Below are positions 26,703 through 37,313 of a stretch of 44,728 bases of DNA, in pieces. The notes under the pieces were generated by a model that made no database searches, had not been told where the DNA came from, and worked only from the letters and a program-made list of their open reading frames with translations. The DNA is taken from the sequence record MZ997840.1. One strand, given 5' to 3'. Position 1 is the stretch's first letter; each line of letters opens with the position of its first letter. This DNA is from Escherichia phage ULINTec6. A program made the translations under genes and the position numbers.

Positions 26703-29104
26703 TGGAAGTACAAGGTTCATTAGGGAGGCAAATCCAAGGGATTAGCCAGCAACCTCCAGCAGTACGTCTTGATGGTCAATGCACGACTATGGTGAACATG
26801 GTTCCCGATGTAGTGAATGGGACTCAATCCCGCATGGGTACAACTCACATTGCTAAGCTCTTGGATGAAGGTACAGATAATATGGCAACGCACCATTATC
26901 GCAGGGGCGAGGGGGATGAAGAGTATTTCTTCACCTTAAAGAAAGGGCAAGTGCCAGAGATATTTGATAAGCATGGACGCAAGTGCAATGTCGTCTCTCA
27001 AGATGCACCTATGACCTACCTTTCTGAAGTTGTCAGCCCTAGGGAAGATGTGCAATTCATGACTATAGCTGATGTTACTTTTATGCTTAACCGTAGGAAA
27101 GTGGTTAAAGCTAGTAATAGGAAGTCACCTAAAGTCGGAGATAAAGCCATTGTGTTTTGTGCATATGGTCAATATGGTACATCTTATTCTATCATAATTG
27201 ATGGAACTACAGCTGCTAGTTTTAAAACACCAGACGGTGGAAGTGCAGAACATGTTGAACAAATCCGAACGGAACGTATCACTTCTGAGTTATATTCCAA
27301 GTTACAGCAATGGAGTGAGGTAGGTGACTATGAAATACAAAGAGATGGTACGAGCATATTTATAGAGAGACGCGATGGTACAAGTTTCACAGTAACAACT
27401 ACCGATGGTGCAAAAGGTAAGGATTTAGTGGCTATCAAGAATAAAGTTAGCTCTACTGACCTACTCCCTTCTCGTGCGCCTGCTGGCTATAAAGTGCAAG
27501 TGTGGCCTACTGGCAGCAAACCTGAGTCTCGTTACTGGCTGCAAGCTGAGCCTAAAGAGGGAAACCTTGTGTCTTGGAAAGAAACAATAGCTGCTGATGT
27601 ATTACTTGGGTTTGATAAAGACACCATGCCTTACATTATTGAACGTACAGGTATTATTGACGGCATAGCTCAATTCACGATAAGACAAGGTGATTGGGAA
27701 GATCGTAAAGTAGGGGATGACTTGACCAACCCTATGCCCTCTTTTATTGATGAGGAAGTGCCCCAGACAATAGGTGGAATGTTCATGGTGCAGAACCGCC
27801 TATGCTTTACAGCAGGTGAAGCGGTTATTGCTTCTCGTACATCATACTTCTTCGATTTCTTTCGTTATACGGTTATCTCTGCATTGGCAACTGATCCATT
27901 TGATATTTTCTCAGATGCGAGTGAAGTCTACCAGCTAAAACATGCAGTAACCTTAGATGGCGCTACCGTGTTGTTCTCTGATAAGTCACAATTCATTTTG
28001 CCAGGAGATAAACCGCTAGAGAAATCCAACGCCCTACTCAAGCCTGTCACAACATTTGAAGTCAACAATAAAGTTAAACCAGTGGCTACTGGTGAGTCTG
28101 TAATGTTTGCTACGAATGACGGTGCTTACTCTGGTGTCCGAGAGTTCTATACAGACTCTTATAGTGACACTAAGAAGGCACAAGCAATCACAAGTCATGT
28201 GAATAAACTTATCGAAGGTAACATTACCAACATGGCAGCAAGTACCAATGTCAACCGATTGCTTGTCACTACAGATAAATATCGTAACATAATTTACTGC
28301 TACGATTGGTTATGGCAAGGCACAGATCGTGTACAATCAGCATGGCATGTATGGGAGTGGCCTATGGGTACAAAGGTGCGAGGTATGTTTTACTCTGGTG
28401 AATTACTTTATCTACTCCTTGAGCGAGGCGGTGGCGTCTATCTGGAGAAGATGGACATGGGGGATGCACTAACCTATGGTTTGAATGACCGCATCCGAAT
28501 GGATAGGCAAGCAGAGTTGATCTTCAAGCATTTTAAAGCAGAAGATGAGTGGGTATCTGAACCACTTCCTTGGACTCCTACTAACCCAGAACTTTTGGAT
28601 TGCATCTTAATAGAAGGGTGGGATTCATATATTGGAGGTTCTTTCCTATTCAAATATAACCCTAGTGATAATACCTTGTCTACAACCTTTGATATGTATG
28701 ATGATAACCTCGTAAAAGCGAAGGTTATTGTTGGGCAGATTTACCCTCAAGAGTTTGAACCTACACCTGTAGTCATCAGAGACAGGCAAGACCGTGTATC
28801 CTATATTGATGTACCTGTTGTGGGATTAGTTCACCTTAATCTTGATATGTATCCTGATTTCTCCGTGGAGGTTAAGAATGTGAAGAGTGGTAAAGTACGC
28901 AAGGTGCTAGCGTCAAACCGTATAGGTGGTGCTCTCAACAATACAGTAGGTTATGTTGAACCAAGAGAGGGTGTCTTCAGATTCCCACTGAGGGCTAAGA
29001 GTACGGATGCTGTTTATCGTATTATTGTAGAATCACCTCACACATTCCAGCTCCGCGATATTGAGTGGGAAGGGAGCTACAATCCAACCAAAAGGAGGGT
29101 CTAA
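26702..29104 (+). CDS. Tail tubular protein B (T7 gene 12 family)
   Basis: N-terminal GISQQPP and C-terminal FRFPL...WEGSYNPTKRRV parallel T7 gp12 (GISQQPD ... YRFPV...WEGNYLRRSSGI). Confidence 0.88.
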   Translation: MEVQGSLGRQIQGISQQPPAVRLDGQCTTMVNMVPDVVNGTQSRMGTTHIAKLLDEGTDNMATHHYRRGEGDEEYFFTLKKGQVPEIFDKHGRKCNVVSQDAPMTYLSEVVSPREDVQFMTIADVTFMLNRRKVVKASNRKSPKVGDKAIVFCAYGQYGTSYSIIIDGTTAASFKTPDGGSAEHVEQIRTERITSELYSKLQQWSEVGDYEIQRDGTSIFIERRDGTSFTVTTTDGAKGKDLVAIKNKVSSTDLLPSRAPAGYKVQVWPTGSKPESRYWLQAEPKEGNLVSWKETIAADVLLGFDKDTMPYIIERTGIIDGIAQFTIRQGDWEDRKVGDDLTNPMPSFIDEEVPQTIGGMFMVQNRLCFTAGEAVIASRTSYFFDFFRYTVISALATDPFDIFSDASEVYQLKHAVTLDGATVLFSDKSQFILPGDKPLEKSNALLKPVTTFEVNNKVKPVATGESVMFATNDGAYSGVREFYTDSYSDTKKAQAITSHVNKLIEGNITNMAASTNVNRLLVTTDKYRNIIYCYDWLWQGTDRVQSAWHVWEWPMGTKVRGMFYSGELLYLLLERGGGVYLEKMDMGDALTYGLNDRIRMDRQAELIFKHFKAEDEWVSEPLPWTPTNPELLDCILIEGWDSYIGGSFLFKYNPSDNTLSTTFDMYDDNLVKAKVIVGQIYPQEFEPTPVVIRDRQDRVSYIDVPVVGLVHLNLDMYPDFSVEVKNVKSGKVRKVLASNRIGGALNNTVGYVEPREGVFRFPLRAKSTDAVYRIIVESPHTFQLRDIEWEGSYNPTKRRV

Positions 29105-29826
29105 TGGCTATAGGTTCAGCCGTTATGTCTGGTATGTCTTCTATTGGTAGTATGTTTGCAGGCAGCGGTGCAGCAGCCGCTGCTGGAGGCACTGCCGCAG
29201 GTGGCGGAGGTTTGCTAGGTTCACTAGGTGGATTCCTAAGTGGTTCCACTGCTGGCTTCTCTAATGCTGGCCTCCTTGGTGCTGGCCTTCAAGGTTTAGG
29301 CTTGATTGGTGATCTCTTTGGTGGAAGTGATGAAGCCAAGGCAATGAAGAAAGCACAAGAAGAGCAATGGCGGCAGCAGCTTATTGCTACACAAGAGGCG
29401 TACAAGACAGTGGCAGACGCAGAGCGTTCTGCTGCTAAACAATATCATGCAGATGCAATAAGCAATCAGGCTTCACTACTACAGCAGCGAGCACAGGTTG
29501 CATTACTAGCAGGTGCTACTGGTACTGGTGGTAACTCTGTATCTTCTATGCTGAATGACTTAGCAGCAGAGGGCGGAAGGAACCAGAGTACAATTATTGA
29601 TAACTATGAGAATCAGAAGATTAACTTCACTAATCAGCTTAAGTCCATCCAGCGAGGTGGGCAAATGCAGATGCGTGAGTTTAAGAAACCTTCTGCTGTG
29701 AGCACCTTGGTTCAAGGTATCCCAAGTCTGGCTTCTGCTTATGTAACTGGTAGCAAGTCGGGTATGGCTTTAGGTAAAGCTCTAACGGATTCTCGTACAT
29801 ATTCATCTGGAACAAGAGGTATTTAA
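29104..29826 (+). CDS. Internal virion protein (Gly/Ala-rich)
   Basis: Position after the tail tubular genes; Gly/Ala-rich N-terminus; AGGAGG RBS then ATG 29104. Confidence 0.65.
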   Translation: MAIGSAVMSGMSSIGSMFAGSGAAAAAGGTAAGGGGLLGSLGGFLSGSTAGFSNAGLLGAGLQGLGLIGDLFGGSDEAKAMKKAQEEQWRQQLIATQEAYKTVADAERSAAKQYHADAISNQASLLQQRAQVALLAGATGTGGNSVSSMLNDLAAEGGRNQSTIIDNYENQKINFTNQLKSIQRGGQMQMREFKKPSAVSTLVQGIPSLASAYVTGSKSGMALGKALTDSRTYSSGTRGI

Positions 29827-32774
29827 TGGCAATTGAGCGACAAGCAGTACAAGGTCTGCCACAAGTGCAGGCCACTTCTCCTAATGTCATGACCTTTGCA
29901 CCTCAGCAAGTTGGAGGTGTGGAGGCTGGCGTAGCTTCTACCTCCGGTAGTCGATTTATCGAAGACCTTATTCGAGCAGCCAGTAGTGTAGCTGATGTAA
30001 CCACTGGTATCCTTAATCAAAAGATTGAGGAAGATAAGGTTGTTCAAATGGAACGGGCATATAATGGACTGATGCCTTCTGAGGATGCAACTCGTGGTGG
30101 CGCTCGTGCTAACATGCTTGTCAAAGCTCAACTGCTAGCTAATGATGAAGCAGCACGAATGAAAGACATGGCTACTCGTTTCCAAGGAACAGATGACGAG
30201 TGGACACAACTCATGGTTGACTCTCGTAATGAGATGCAGAATAAGCTGTTCCAGCAATACCCTGAGTTGCAAGGTGACAAAGATACTATGCGTATGGTCA
30301 CTAATGTCTTCCAAGAACAGCAGCCGCAGATTTGGGCCACACGAACCCAGCATAAACTTGACCGTGAACAAGCAGACCGAGAAGATACATTCGATGGGCG
30401 AGTGGCCTCCACTTGGGATTCTAGTATTGACCCAGAAGCATCGGGATATGCTTTACAGGAACGAATCCGTGAAGGTCTTACCCAAGGTTTGCTTCCAGAA
30501 CAGATGCATAAGAAGCTAGTTGAACGGGCTATCTCTCTTGCACAAGGCGGTGATATCAGCATGGCTGAAGCCTTGAAATATGTTAAGGATGACAAGGGTG
30601 TTTCTGTATATGCAAAGAACCCGCAGCTTATCACAGCTATCACTAATGGTAATGCAGCTTGGGCTAGAAATAATGTAGCTGATGTAACTCGTATGTCTTT
30701 CGAAGTTAAAGAGTCCTACCTTGCAGGTGATTTAACTGATGAAGAATTATTGGAACGAGCACAGCACATTAATAGTCTGACAGGTAACTCTGTGTTCTCT
30801 AATCCAGAACTTGAAGCACTCATGCGTCAAAGAGCTAAACAAAATGCAGAGCTAGGTGCAATGCAGGATATGCGACGTGAACTTTACTCTGACCGCATGA
30901 CTGGCTTCCAAGGTAAGACAGATAAAGAGAAGAAAGCCTACATTGATGTTATCAAACAGGATAGTCAACTCTATGCAGACCAGCAAATTAAGCAACGAGG
31001 TTTGGACCCTTACAGCCAAGAGGCTGAAGCTATCCGTGGTGCAGTAGAAGTGCAGCGCCTGCAATTCATGAACTCCAAAGGCTTAGTGGATGATACTTTT
31101 GAGTCTCGTATCAAAGCCATGGAGTCTATGCTATCACCTGAGCACTTCGCTAAAGGCGAACCACAGGAGTTAATGACTATTCGTCAGTTGTGGGAACAGT
31201 TACCAGAAGAAAGCCGAGGTGTCTTTGGTGATACGGTGAATGGCTATATGGATAACTACAACACTGCATTACAAATGGGAGAGACGCCTTTGCAGGCTGC
31301 AAGGTTTGCCCGTGAAGCACAGCAGAAATTCTCTCGTACTGAGAAAGAAACCAAGAAGTTCAACTCAGCTATTGGAGATGCACTGGATGAGGTATCGGGT
31401 GCTGGCTGGTTTGATGGTAAAACCGAAGTGTCTGACTTAGGTAAATCTATTGCAGAAGAAGAGTTACGAGCTAAGGCCAATATGCTGTGGTCTAGCGGTA
31501 TGCGTAACATGGATTCCATCAAGAAGGCTTTAATTACTTGGGGCAATAAACGCTACACTCAATCAGAGGATGCAAAGACTTCCGGTGGTTATTTCATTAA
31601 AGGTGATTACACTTCTGCATCTGACATGCTTATGTCTGTTGGGAAAGGTGTAAACCCTACCGATGTACCTCTGGCGCTTGGTAGGTATGTAGAAACACAA
31701 ATGCCAGAATTGAAGAAGGAACTTCAAGAGTGGGAAACTAAGGATGATGTATACATTGATTACAATGAACAGAAAGGTACTTTCGTGATTCGTGCTGGTG
31801 CAGCAGGTCGCCCTCTTTCTGGAGTAATCCCTGTCACCTCTTTAGATACCACTTCACTGCTAGACTCTGCCTATCAGAAGAAAGTAGAAGAACGAGATAA
31901 AGGTGAATATGTTCACCCATATCGTACAGATATCGGTGCACAAGAACCCATGCCAGCTAAGCCAACTGCCAAGGATATTGGTAAATTTGGACTAGCTAAT
32001 TTCCTCATGTCTTCTGCCTTTGCTTCTGGTGAGAATCTACCTTCTAACTTCGAGATTAACTATAGAGGCAATATGCAACAATTCTATGACAAGCTAGCTA
32101 TGGCTGAGAATGGCGATAAGCTGGGCTTCAACAAAGCCACAGGAACCTTCACACCGTACAAAGATGCACATGGCGAGTCGGTAGGCTACGGTCACTTCCT
32201 TACGGAAGAAGAAAAGAGAAATGGGTACATTAAGATTGGCGACGAACTGGTTCCGTATCGCGGCTCTATGTCTCAGCTCACTGAGAGTAAGGCCCGTGCT
32301 CTTATGGAACAAGATGCCAAGAAGCATGTACCTCCAACTCGTGATTGGAAAATCCCATTCGACCAGATGCATCCGGCACAGCAGCGCGGTTTAATGGATT
32401 TAACCTATAACTTAGGTAAAGGTGGAATCCAGAATGCACCGCGTGCTCTTGCTGCATTCAAGGCAGGTAAGCTTACAGAAGGCTTTATCGAAATGCTGGG
32501 TACTGCATCCAGTGAAGGTAAGCGTATTCCTGGTTTACTGAAGCGACGCGCTGAGGCTTACAATATGGCATCTGCCGGTGGTGTACCTAAGATTACCGAA
32601 GTAGAGACTCGTGAAGATGGGTCTATGTGGGTTAAGTTCGGTGGACCTATGCCAGCAGGTTCTGTATCTGCATGGACTCATAAACGTATTGGCGCTGATG
32701 GCTGGTATCAGGTTTATGAGGCTGCACCTACCAAGTTAGCTAAAGGCTCTAAGGTAGGTAAAGTTAAGTTGTAG
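29826..32774 (+). CDS. Internal virion (ejection/core) protein with C-terminal lysozyme-like domain
   Basis: 982 aa; C-terminal GESVGYGHFLT and QQRGLMDLTYNLGKGG resemble the T4-lysozyme (GH24) fold signature (TEGYYTIGIGHLLT ... ALINMVFQMGETG). Confidence 0.75.
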   Translation: MAIERQAVQGLPQVQATSPNVMTFAPQQVGGVEAGVASTSGSRFIEDLIRAASSVADVTTGILNQKIEEDKVVQMERAYNGLMPSEDATRGGARANMLVKAQLLANDEAARMKDMATRFQGTDDEWTQLMVDSRNEMQNKLFQQYPELQGDKDTMRMVTNVFQEQQPQIWATRTQHKLDREQADREDTFDGRVASTWDSSIDPEASGYALQERIREGLTQGLLPEQMHKKLVERAISLAQGGDISMAEALKYVKDDKGVSVYAKNPQLITAITNGNAAWARNNVADVTRMSFEVKESYLAGDLTDEELLERAQHINSLTGNSVFSNPELEALMRQRAKQNAELGAMQDMRRELYSDRMTGFQGKTDKEKKAYIDVIKQDSQLYADQQIKQRGLDPYSQEAEAIRGAVEVQRLQFMNSKGLVDDTFESRIKAMESMLSPEHFAKGEPQELMTIRQLWEQLPEESRGVFGDTVNGYMDNYNTALQMGETPLQAARFAREAQQKFSRTEKETKKFNSAIGDALDEVSGAGWFDGKTEVSDLGKSIAEEELRAKANMLWSSGMRNMDSIKKALITWGNKRYTQSEDAKTSGGYFIKGDYTSASDMLMSVGKGVNPTDVPLALGRYVETQMPELKKELQEWETKDDVYIDYNEQKGTFVIRAGAAGRPLSGVIPVTSLDTTSLLDSAYQKKVEERDKGEYVHPYRTDIGAQEPMPAKPTAKDIGKFGLANFLMSSAFASGENLPSNFEINYRGNMQQFYDKLAMAENGDKLGFNKATGTFTPYKDAHGESVGYGHFLTEEEKRNGYIKIGDELVPYRGSMSQLTESKARALMEQDAKKHVPPTRDWKIPFDQMHPAQQRGLMDLTYNLGKGGIQNAPRALAAFKAGKLTEGFIEMLGTASSEGKRIPGLLKRRAEAYNMASAGGVPKITEVETREDGSMWVKFGGPMPAGSVSAWTHKRIGADGWYQVYEAAPTKLAKGSKVGKVKL

Positions 32775-32791
32775 TACCTAACTCAAGGCTT

Positions 32792-32807
32792 GTCTCACAT
32801 GTGAGAC
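32792..32807. repeat. 16-bp palindrome GTCTCACATGTGAGAC (copy 6), extended stem, followed by TCTTTAT
   Basis: Read directly; between two internal virion protein genes. Confidence 0.8.
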
Positions 32808-32838
32808 AGGTCTTTATGATAGGCACTATGGAGGAACT

Positions 32839-35800
32839 ATGGAACAAGATATTAATACTAATTGGGCTGGTTATGTCCAGTCTACTCCTGAGCCGTTTTC
32901 TATTGAGGCGGCTCCGGTATCGGCTCCTACGATACGCCAGCGTAATGAGCTACAAGAGCAAGTCCTTGAAGCTAAAGCAGACGCGGATATCTTAGGTGCT
33001 ATAGGTGCTGCCTTCCAGAATGAGTGGCTGGCATTCGGAGGTAAGAGATGGTATGACCGTGCCACTGCTGACTTCACACCTCAACCTGACTTTGAAATCC
33101 AACCAGAGCAACGTGAAGCTCTTCGCTTCAAATACGGAACGGATATGATGCAGACAATCACTGAGGGTGTTAGGTCCGAGGATGAATTAAACTTCCGTAT
33201 TCAGAACGCTGATGAAGACCTTGAGCGTAATAAACGTATTGCGCAGGCTGGCTGGGCTGGCTCTGTGGCAACGATTGGCGCTGCTGTGCTTGACCCAGTG
33301 GGTTGGGTTGCCTCTATCCCAACTGGCGGTGCAGCCAAAGCCGGCCTCGTAGGTCGTGCCGTGCGTGGCGCTATCGCCGCTGGCGTGAGCAATGCCGCTA
33401 TTGAATCCGTGTTAGTACAAGGCGACATGACTCGTGATTTAGATGACATTATGGTAGCACTAGGCTCCGGTATGGCTATGGGTGGCGTTATTGGCGCTGT
33501 AGCGCGTGGTAGGGCCACTAAGCTCAGTGAGCAAGGGGATGACAGGGCTGCGAGTGTTGTGCGCAGTGCAGACGCAGGTGATCAGTATGTCCGTGCCGTT
33601 GCCGATGACAGTATAGGTGCGATGCGTGTTAAGGACGCAGAGGTACTCACTGAGGGTGCATTTGATATCTCTAGTAAAGGTGAAGACTTGCTGAAAACAT
33701 TGCAGAGGGAAGGGAACGCTATTGACATGACCCCTCGCCGCTGGGCCGGAACTCTGTCTGCCCTTGGTACTGTCGTACACTCCTCTCAGGATGCAAGTGT
33801 ACGCGGTCTTGGTGCTCGCCTGTTTGAGTCCCCGCAAGGCTTAGGTGCACAGAAGGCATCGGCTAGTCTCATGCAGAATACTAACTTGAACCGTCTGAAA
33901 TCTGCTGATATGAATCGTTTCAACGATGGGTTCGATTTATGGCTCAAAGAGAATAATATCAATCCGGTTGCAGGTCATACTAACTCTCACTATGTGCAGC
34001 AATATAATGAGAAGGTATGGGAAGCGGTACGCATCGGTATGAATGAGTCTACGCCTAAGTCTATCCGTATGGCAGCAGAGGGGCAGCAAGCTATGTATCG
34101 TGAAGCCTTAGCATTACGTCAACGCTCTGGTGAAGCTGGGTTTGAAAAGGTTAAAGCAGATGATAAGTACATGCCTGATATTTTTGACAGTATGAAGGCT
34201 CGTCGTCAATTCGGTATGCACGATAAAGAGGACATCATTGAGCTATTCTCTCGTGCATACCAGAATGGTTCTCGTAAGGTTCCAAAGGAAGTGGCTGATG
34301 ATATTGCACGTGCACAAGTAAACCGCGTGGCTGATGCCACCCTGACTGGACAGCTTAGCTTTGAAAAGGCCATGTCTGGTCAAACCAAAGCAGAATATGA
34401 AGCACTCATGCGCAAGGCAGGCTTCAGTGATGAAGAAATTGAAAAGATGGTAGAAGCTCTGGATAATAAAGAAACCAGAGATAATATCTCTAACCGAGCT
34501 AAGATGAGTTTAGGCTTAGATGTTACTCAAGAGTACAATGGCATTCGTATGCGTGACTTTATGAATACTAACGTGGAAGAGTTAACAGATAACTACATGA
34601 AGGAAGCGGCAGGTGGTGCTGCCTTGGCTCGTCAAGGTTTCTCTACCTATCAGGCTGCACTTAGTGCAATTGACCTTGTAGAGCGAAATGCACGAAATGC
34701 AGCTAAAGATACAAAAGCACACGCACAATTTGAAGCGGAGTCGGCTAAGATTCGTCAATCAGAGCCTGATTACAAGAAGGCACAAGAGAAGATTGAAGAG
34801 TTAAAGAAGCAACTTAAATTGAAAGAGAAAGATGAAGCAGCGGGTCTGGCTATTGATGAAGAAATCCGTCAGATGCGAGAAGGGCTTCGCTTGATTATGG
34901 GTAAATCTATCGATTCAAACCCACAAGATTTGTCTACTAAAATGCTGCGTCGTGGGCGTGACATTACAGGTGTACTTCGCTTAGGTCAGATGGGCTTCGC
35001 ACAGCTAGGTGAACTTGCTAACTTCATGGGTGAGTTTGGTATTGCTGCAACCACCATAGCTTTAGGTAAGCAATTCCGCTTTACATCTAAGGCTTTGCGG
35101 AGCGGTGATGGCTTCTTCCGAGATAAGAACTTGGCAGAAGTAGAGAGGATGGTAGGTTACATTGGTGAGGATAACTGGCTAACAACCAAGGGTGCACGTC
35201 CAGATGAGTTTGGTGATGTAACCACAGTAAGAGGGATGATGGTTCACTTTGACCAATCCATGAACTCAATACGTCGTGCTCAGACCAACCTATCACTCTT
35301 CCGCATGGCACAGGGTTCTCTGGAGCGAATGACCAATAGGCAAATAGCCTTGTCTTTCATTGACCACCTTGAAGGCAAGAAGGTTATTCCTCAGAAGAAA
35401 CTGGAGGAACTTGGTCTTACTCAGGAGTTCATGACTAATCTACAGAAGCACTATGATGCTAACTCTAAAGGTTCTGGCTTGCTTGGATTTGATACAATGC
35501 CTTATGCCATGGGTGAAACTTTAGCTAATGCCATTCGTCGTAAGTCAGGTCTAATTATCCAACGTAACTTCATTGGTGATGAAGGGATCTGGATGAACAA
35601 AGCGCTTGGTAAAACTTTTGCACAGCTTAAGTCTTTCTCTTTGGTATCTGGTGAGAAGCAATTTGGTCGAGGCATTCGCCACGATAAGATTGGTCTTGCT
35701 AAGAAGACAGCCTATGGGTTCGCTTTAGGTTCAATAGTATATGCAGCGAAAGCTTATGTGAACTCTATTGGACGAGAAGACCAAGATGAATATCTGGAAG

Positions 35801-36147
35801 AGAAACTATCCCCTAAAGGGTTGGCTTTTGGTGCTATGGGTATGATGAGTACAACTGCTGTGTTTAGCTTAGGTGGAGACTTCTTAGGCGGCCTAGGTGT
35901 TCTCCCTTCTGAGTTAGTACAATCCCGTTATGAGGCTGGCTTTCAGACTAAGGGTTTGATAGACCAAATACCACTAGTAGGTGTTGGTCAAGATGCATAT
36001 CGTTTAGCAGATTCTATAACTAAATATGCAGAGGGTGATACAGAAGGTGTAGATGTGGCACGTAGGGCTTTACGCTTAGTGCCTCTAACTAATGTAATAG
36101 GAATCCAGAACGCATTGCGTTATGGCTTAGATGAACTGGAGGATTGA
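32839..36147 (+). CDS. Large internal virion (core) protein
   Basis: 1102 aa, largest structural protein, at the position of T7 gene 16. Confidence 0.75.
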   Translation: MEQDINTNWAGYVQSTPEPFSIEAAPVSAPTIRQRNELQEQVLEAKADADILGAIGAAFQNEWLAFGGKRWYDRATADFTPQPDFEIQPEQREALRFKYGTDMMQTITEGVRSEDELNFRIQNADEDLERNKRIAQAGWAGSVATIGAAVLDPVGWVASIPTGGAAKAGLVGRAVRGAIAAGVSNAAIESVLVQGDMTRDLDDIMVALGSGMAMGGVIGAVARGRATKLSEQGDDRAASVVRSADAGDQYVRAVADDSIGAMRVKDAEVLTEGAFDISSKGEDLLKTLQREGNAIDMTPRRWAGTLSALGTVVHSSQDASVRGLGARLFESPQGLGAQKASASLMQNTNLNRLKSADMNRFNDGFDLWLKENNINPVAGHTNSHYVQQYNEKVWEAVRIGMNESTPKSIRMAAEGQQAMYREALALRQRSGEAGFEKVKADDKYMPDIFDSMKARRQFGMHDKEDIIELFSRAYQNGSRKVPKEVADDIARAQVNRVADATLTGQLSFEKAMSGQTKAEYEALMRKAGFSDEEIEKMVEALDNKETRDNISNRAKMSLGLDVTQEYNGIRMRDFMNTNVEELTDNYMKEAAGGAALARQGFSTYQAALSAIDLVERNARNAAKDTKAHAQFEAESAKIRQSEPDYKKAQEKIEELKKQLKLKEKDEAAGLAIDEEIRQMREGLRLIMGKSIDSNPQDLSTKMLRRGRDITGVLRLGQMGFAQLGELANFMGEFGIAATTIALGKQFRFTSKALRSGDGFFRDKNLAEVERMVGYIGEDNWLTTKGARPDEFGDVTTVRGMMVHFDQSMNSIRRAQTNLSLFRMAQGSLERMTNRQIALSFIDHLEGKKVIPQKKLEELGLTQEFMTNLQKHYDANSKGSGLLGFDTMPYAMGETLANAIRRKSGLIIQRNFIGDEGIWMNKALGKTFAQLKSFSLVSGEKQFGRGIRHDKIGLAKKTAYGFALGSIVYAAKAYVNSIGREDQDEYLEEKLSPKGLAFGAMGMMSTTAVFSLGGDFLGGLGVLPSELVQSRYEAGFQTKGLIDQIPLVGVGQDAYRLADSITKYAEGDTEGVDVARRALRLVPLTNVIGIQNALRYGLDELED

Positions 36148-37109
36148 TGAGTTATACTTTCACAGAACATATAGCCAACGGTACGCAAGTAACCTATCCC
36201 TTTAGCTTTGCTGGTAGGGATAAAGGTTATCTTCGTGCCTCAGATGTGATAGTGGAATCTCTTCAAGGTAACACTTGGATTGAGGTTACATCTGGCTGGC
36301 AACTAACTGGCACGCACCAGATTACTTTTGATGTAGCACCAGTTGCAGGTTTGAAGTTCCGTATTCGAAGGGAGGTACAAAAGGAATATCCATACGCTGA
36401 GTTTGACCGTGGTGTTACCTTGGATATGAAGTCTTTAAATGGTTCTTTCATTCATATACTGGAGATTACACAGGAGTTACTTGACGGGTTTTATCCAGAA
36501 GGATACTTCATTAAACAGAATGTAAGCTGGGGCGGCAATAAGATTACTGATTTGGCTGATGGCACAAATCCGGGAGATGCAGTAAATAAAGGGCAGCTTG
36601 ATGCCATTGACAAGAAGCATACAGATTGGAACACCAAACAGGATATTGAGATTGCTGGCCTTAAAGCAGGTATGACTTCTGGTATTGCGCACAGAACTAT
36701 CCCTTGGTACACGATCGCCCAAGGAGGTGAGGTTTCCGTAAAACCTCCTTATGAATTTCAAGATGCACTAGTTTTCCTTAATGGGGTCTTGCAACACCAA
36801 ATCATAGGCGCATACTCTATAAGCAGCAACACTATCACTTTCGCAGAGCCACTTGTGGCTGGCACAGAGGTGTATGTGCTGGTTGGTAGTCGTGTGGCTA
36901 CATCTGAACCTAATATTCAGTTAGAGTTGAACTTTGACTTAGTAGAAGACCAACAAGTAGTACAGATTGGCTCTGCATTTAAGTACATTGAGGTCTACCT
37001 TGATGGATTATTACAACCTAAACTTGCTTATCAGGTAGACGGTGACATTGTTACTTTCTCAGAAAGAGTACCAGAATGCCGGATGACTGCTAAGATTATC
37101 ACAGCATAA
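36147..37109 (+). CDS. Tail fibre adapter protein (homologue of the N-terminal tail-attachment domain of T7 gp17)
   Basis: N-terminus YTFTEHIANGTQVTYPFSFAGRDKGYLRASDVIV and ITDLADGTNPGDAVNKGQLD parallel the T7 gp17 N-terminal domain; no long receptor-binding region. Confidence 0.7.
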   Translation: MSYTFTEHIANGTQVTYPFSFAGRDKGYLRASDVIVESLQGNTWIEVTSGWQLTGTHQITFDVAPVAGLKFRIRREVQKEYPYAEFDRGVTLDMKSLNGSFIHILEITQELLDGFYPEGYFIKQNVSWGGNKITDLADGTNPGDAVNKGQLDAIDKKHTDWNTKQDIEIAGLKAGMTSGIAHRTIPWYTIAQGGEVSVKPPYEFQDALVFLNGVLQHQIIGAYSISSNTITFAEPLVAGTEVYVLVGSRVATSEPNIQLELNFDLVEDQQVVQIGSAFKYIEVYLDGLLQPKLAYQVDGDIVTFSERVPECRMTAKIITA

Positions 37110-37118
37110 GGAGGTGGG

Positions 37119-37313
37119 ATGATTAACTCCGAACTGGTAGATAGTGGTGTGAAGCTTGCGCCACCTGCATTAGTCTCAGGTGGGTACTTCCTCGGTATCA
37201 GTTGGAATGATTGGGTTCTTATAGCTACATTCATTTATACTGTATTACAAATTGGCGATTGGTTTTATGTAAAATACAAAGCTAGGAGAGATAAGCGTGA
37301 GCGTACACAATAA
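37119..37313 (+). CDS. Putative holin (small membrane protein with charged C-terminus)
   Basis: 64 aa with hydrophobic segments and a highly charged tail (KYKARRDKRERTQ); at the T7 gene 17.5 position. Confidence 0.55.
   Translation: MINSELVDSGVKLAPPALVSGGYFLGISWNDWVLIATFIYTVLQIGDWFYVKYKARRDKRERTQ

Noticed and set aside
5996-32807. CRISPR array interpretation of the recurring palindromes
   Set aside because: Copies are dispersed over 27 kb in intergenic regions rather than arranged as regularly spaced repeats with short spacers.
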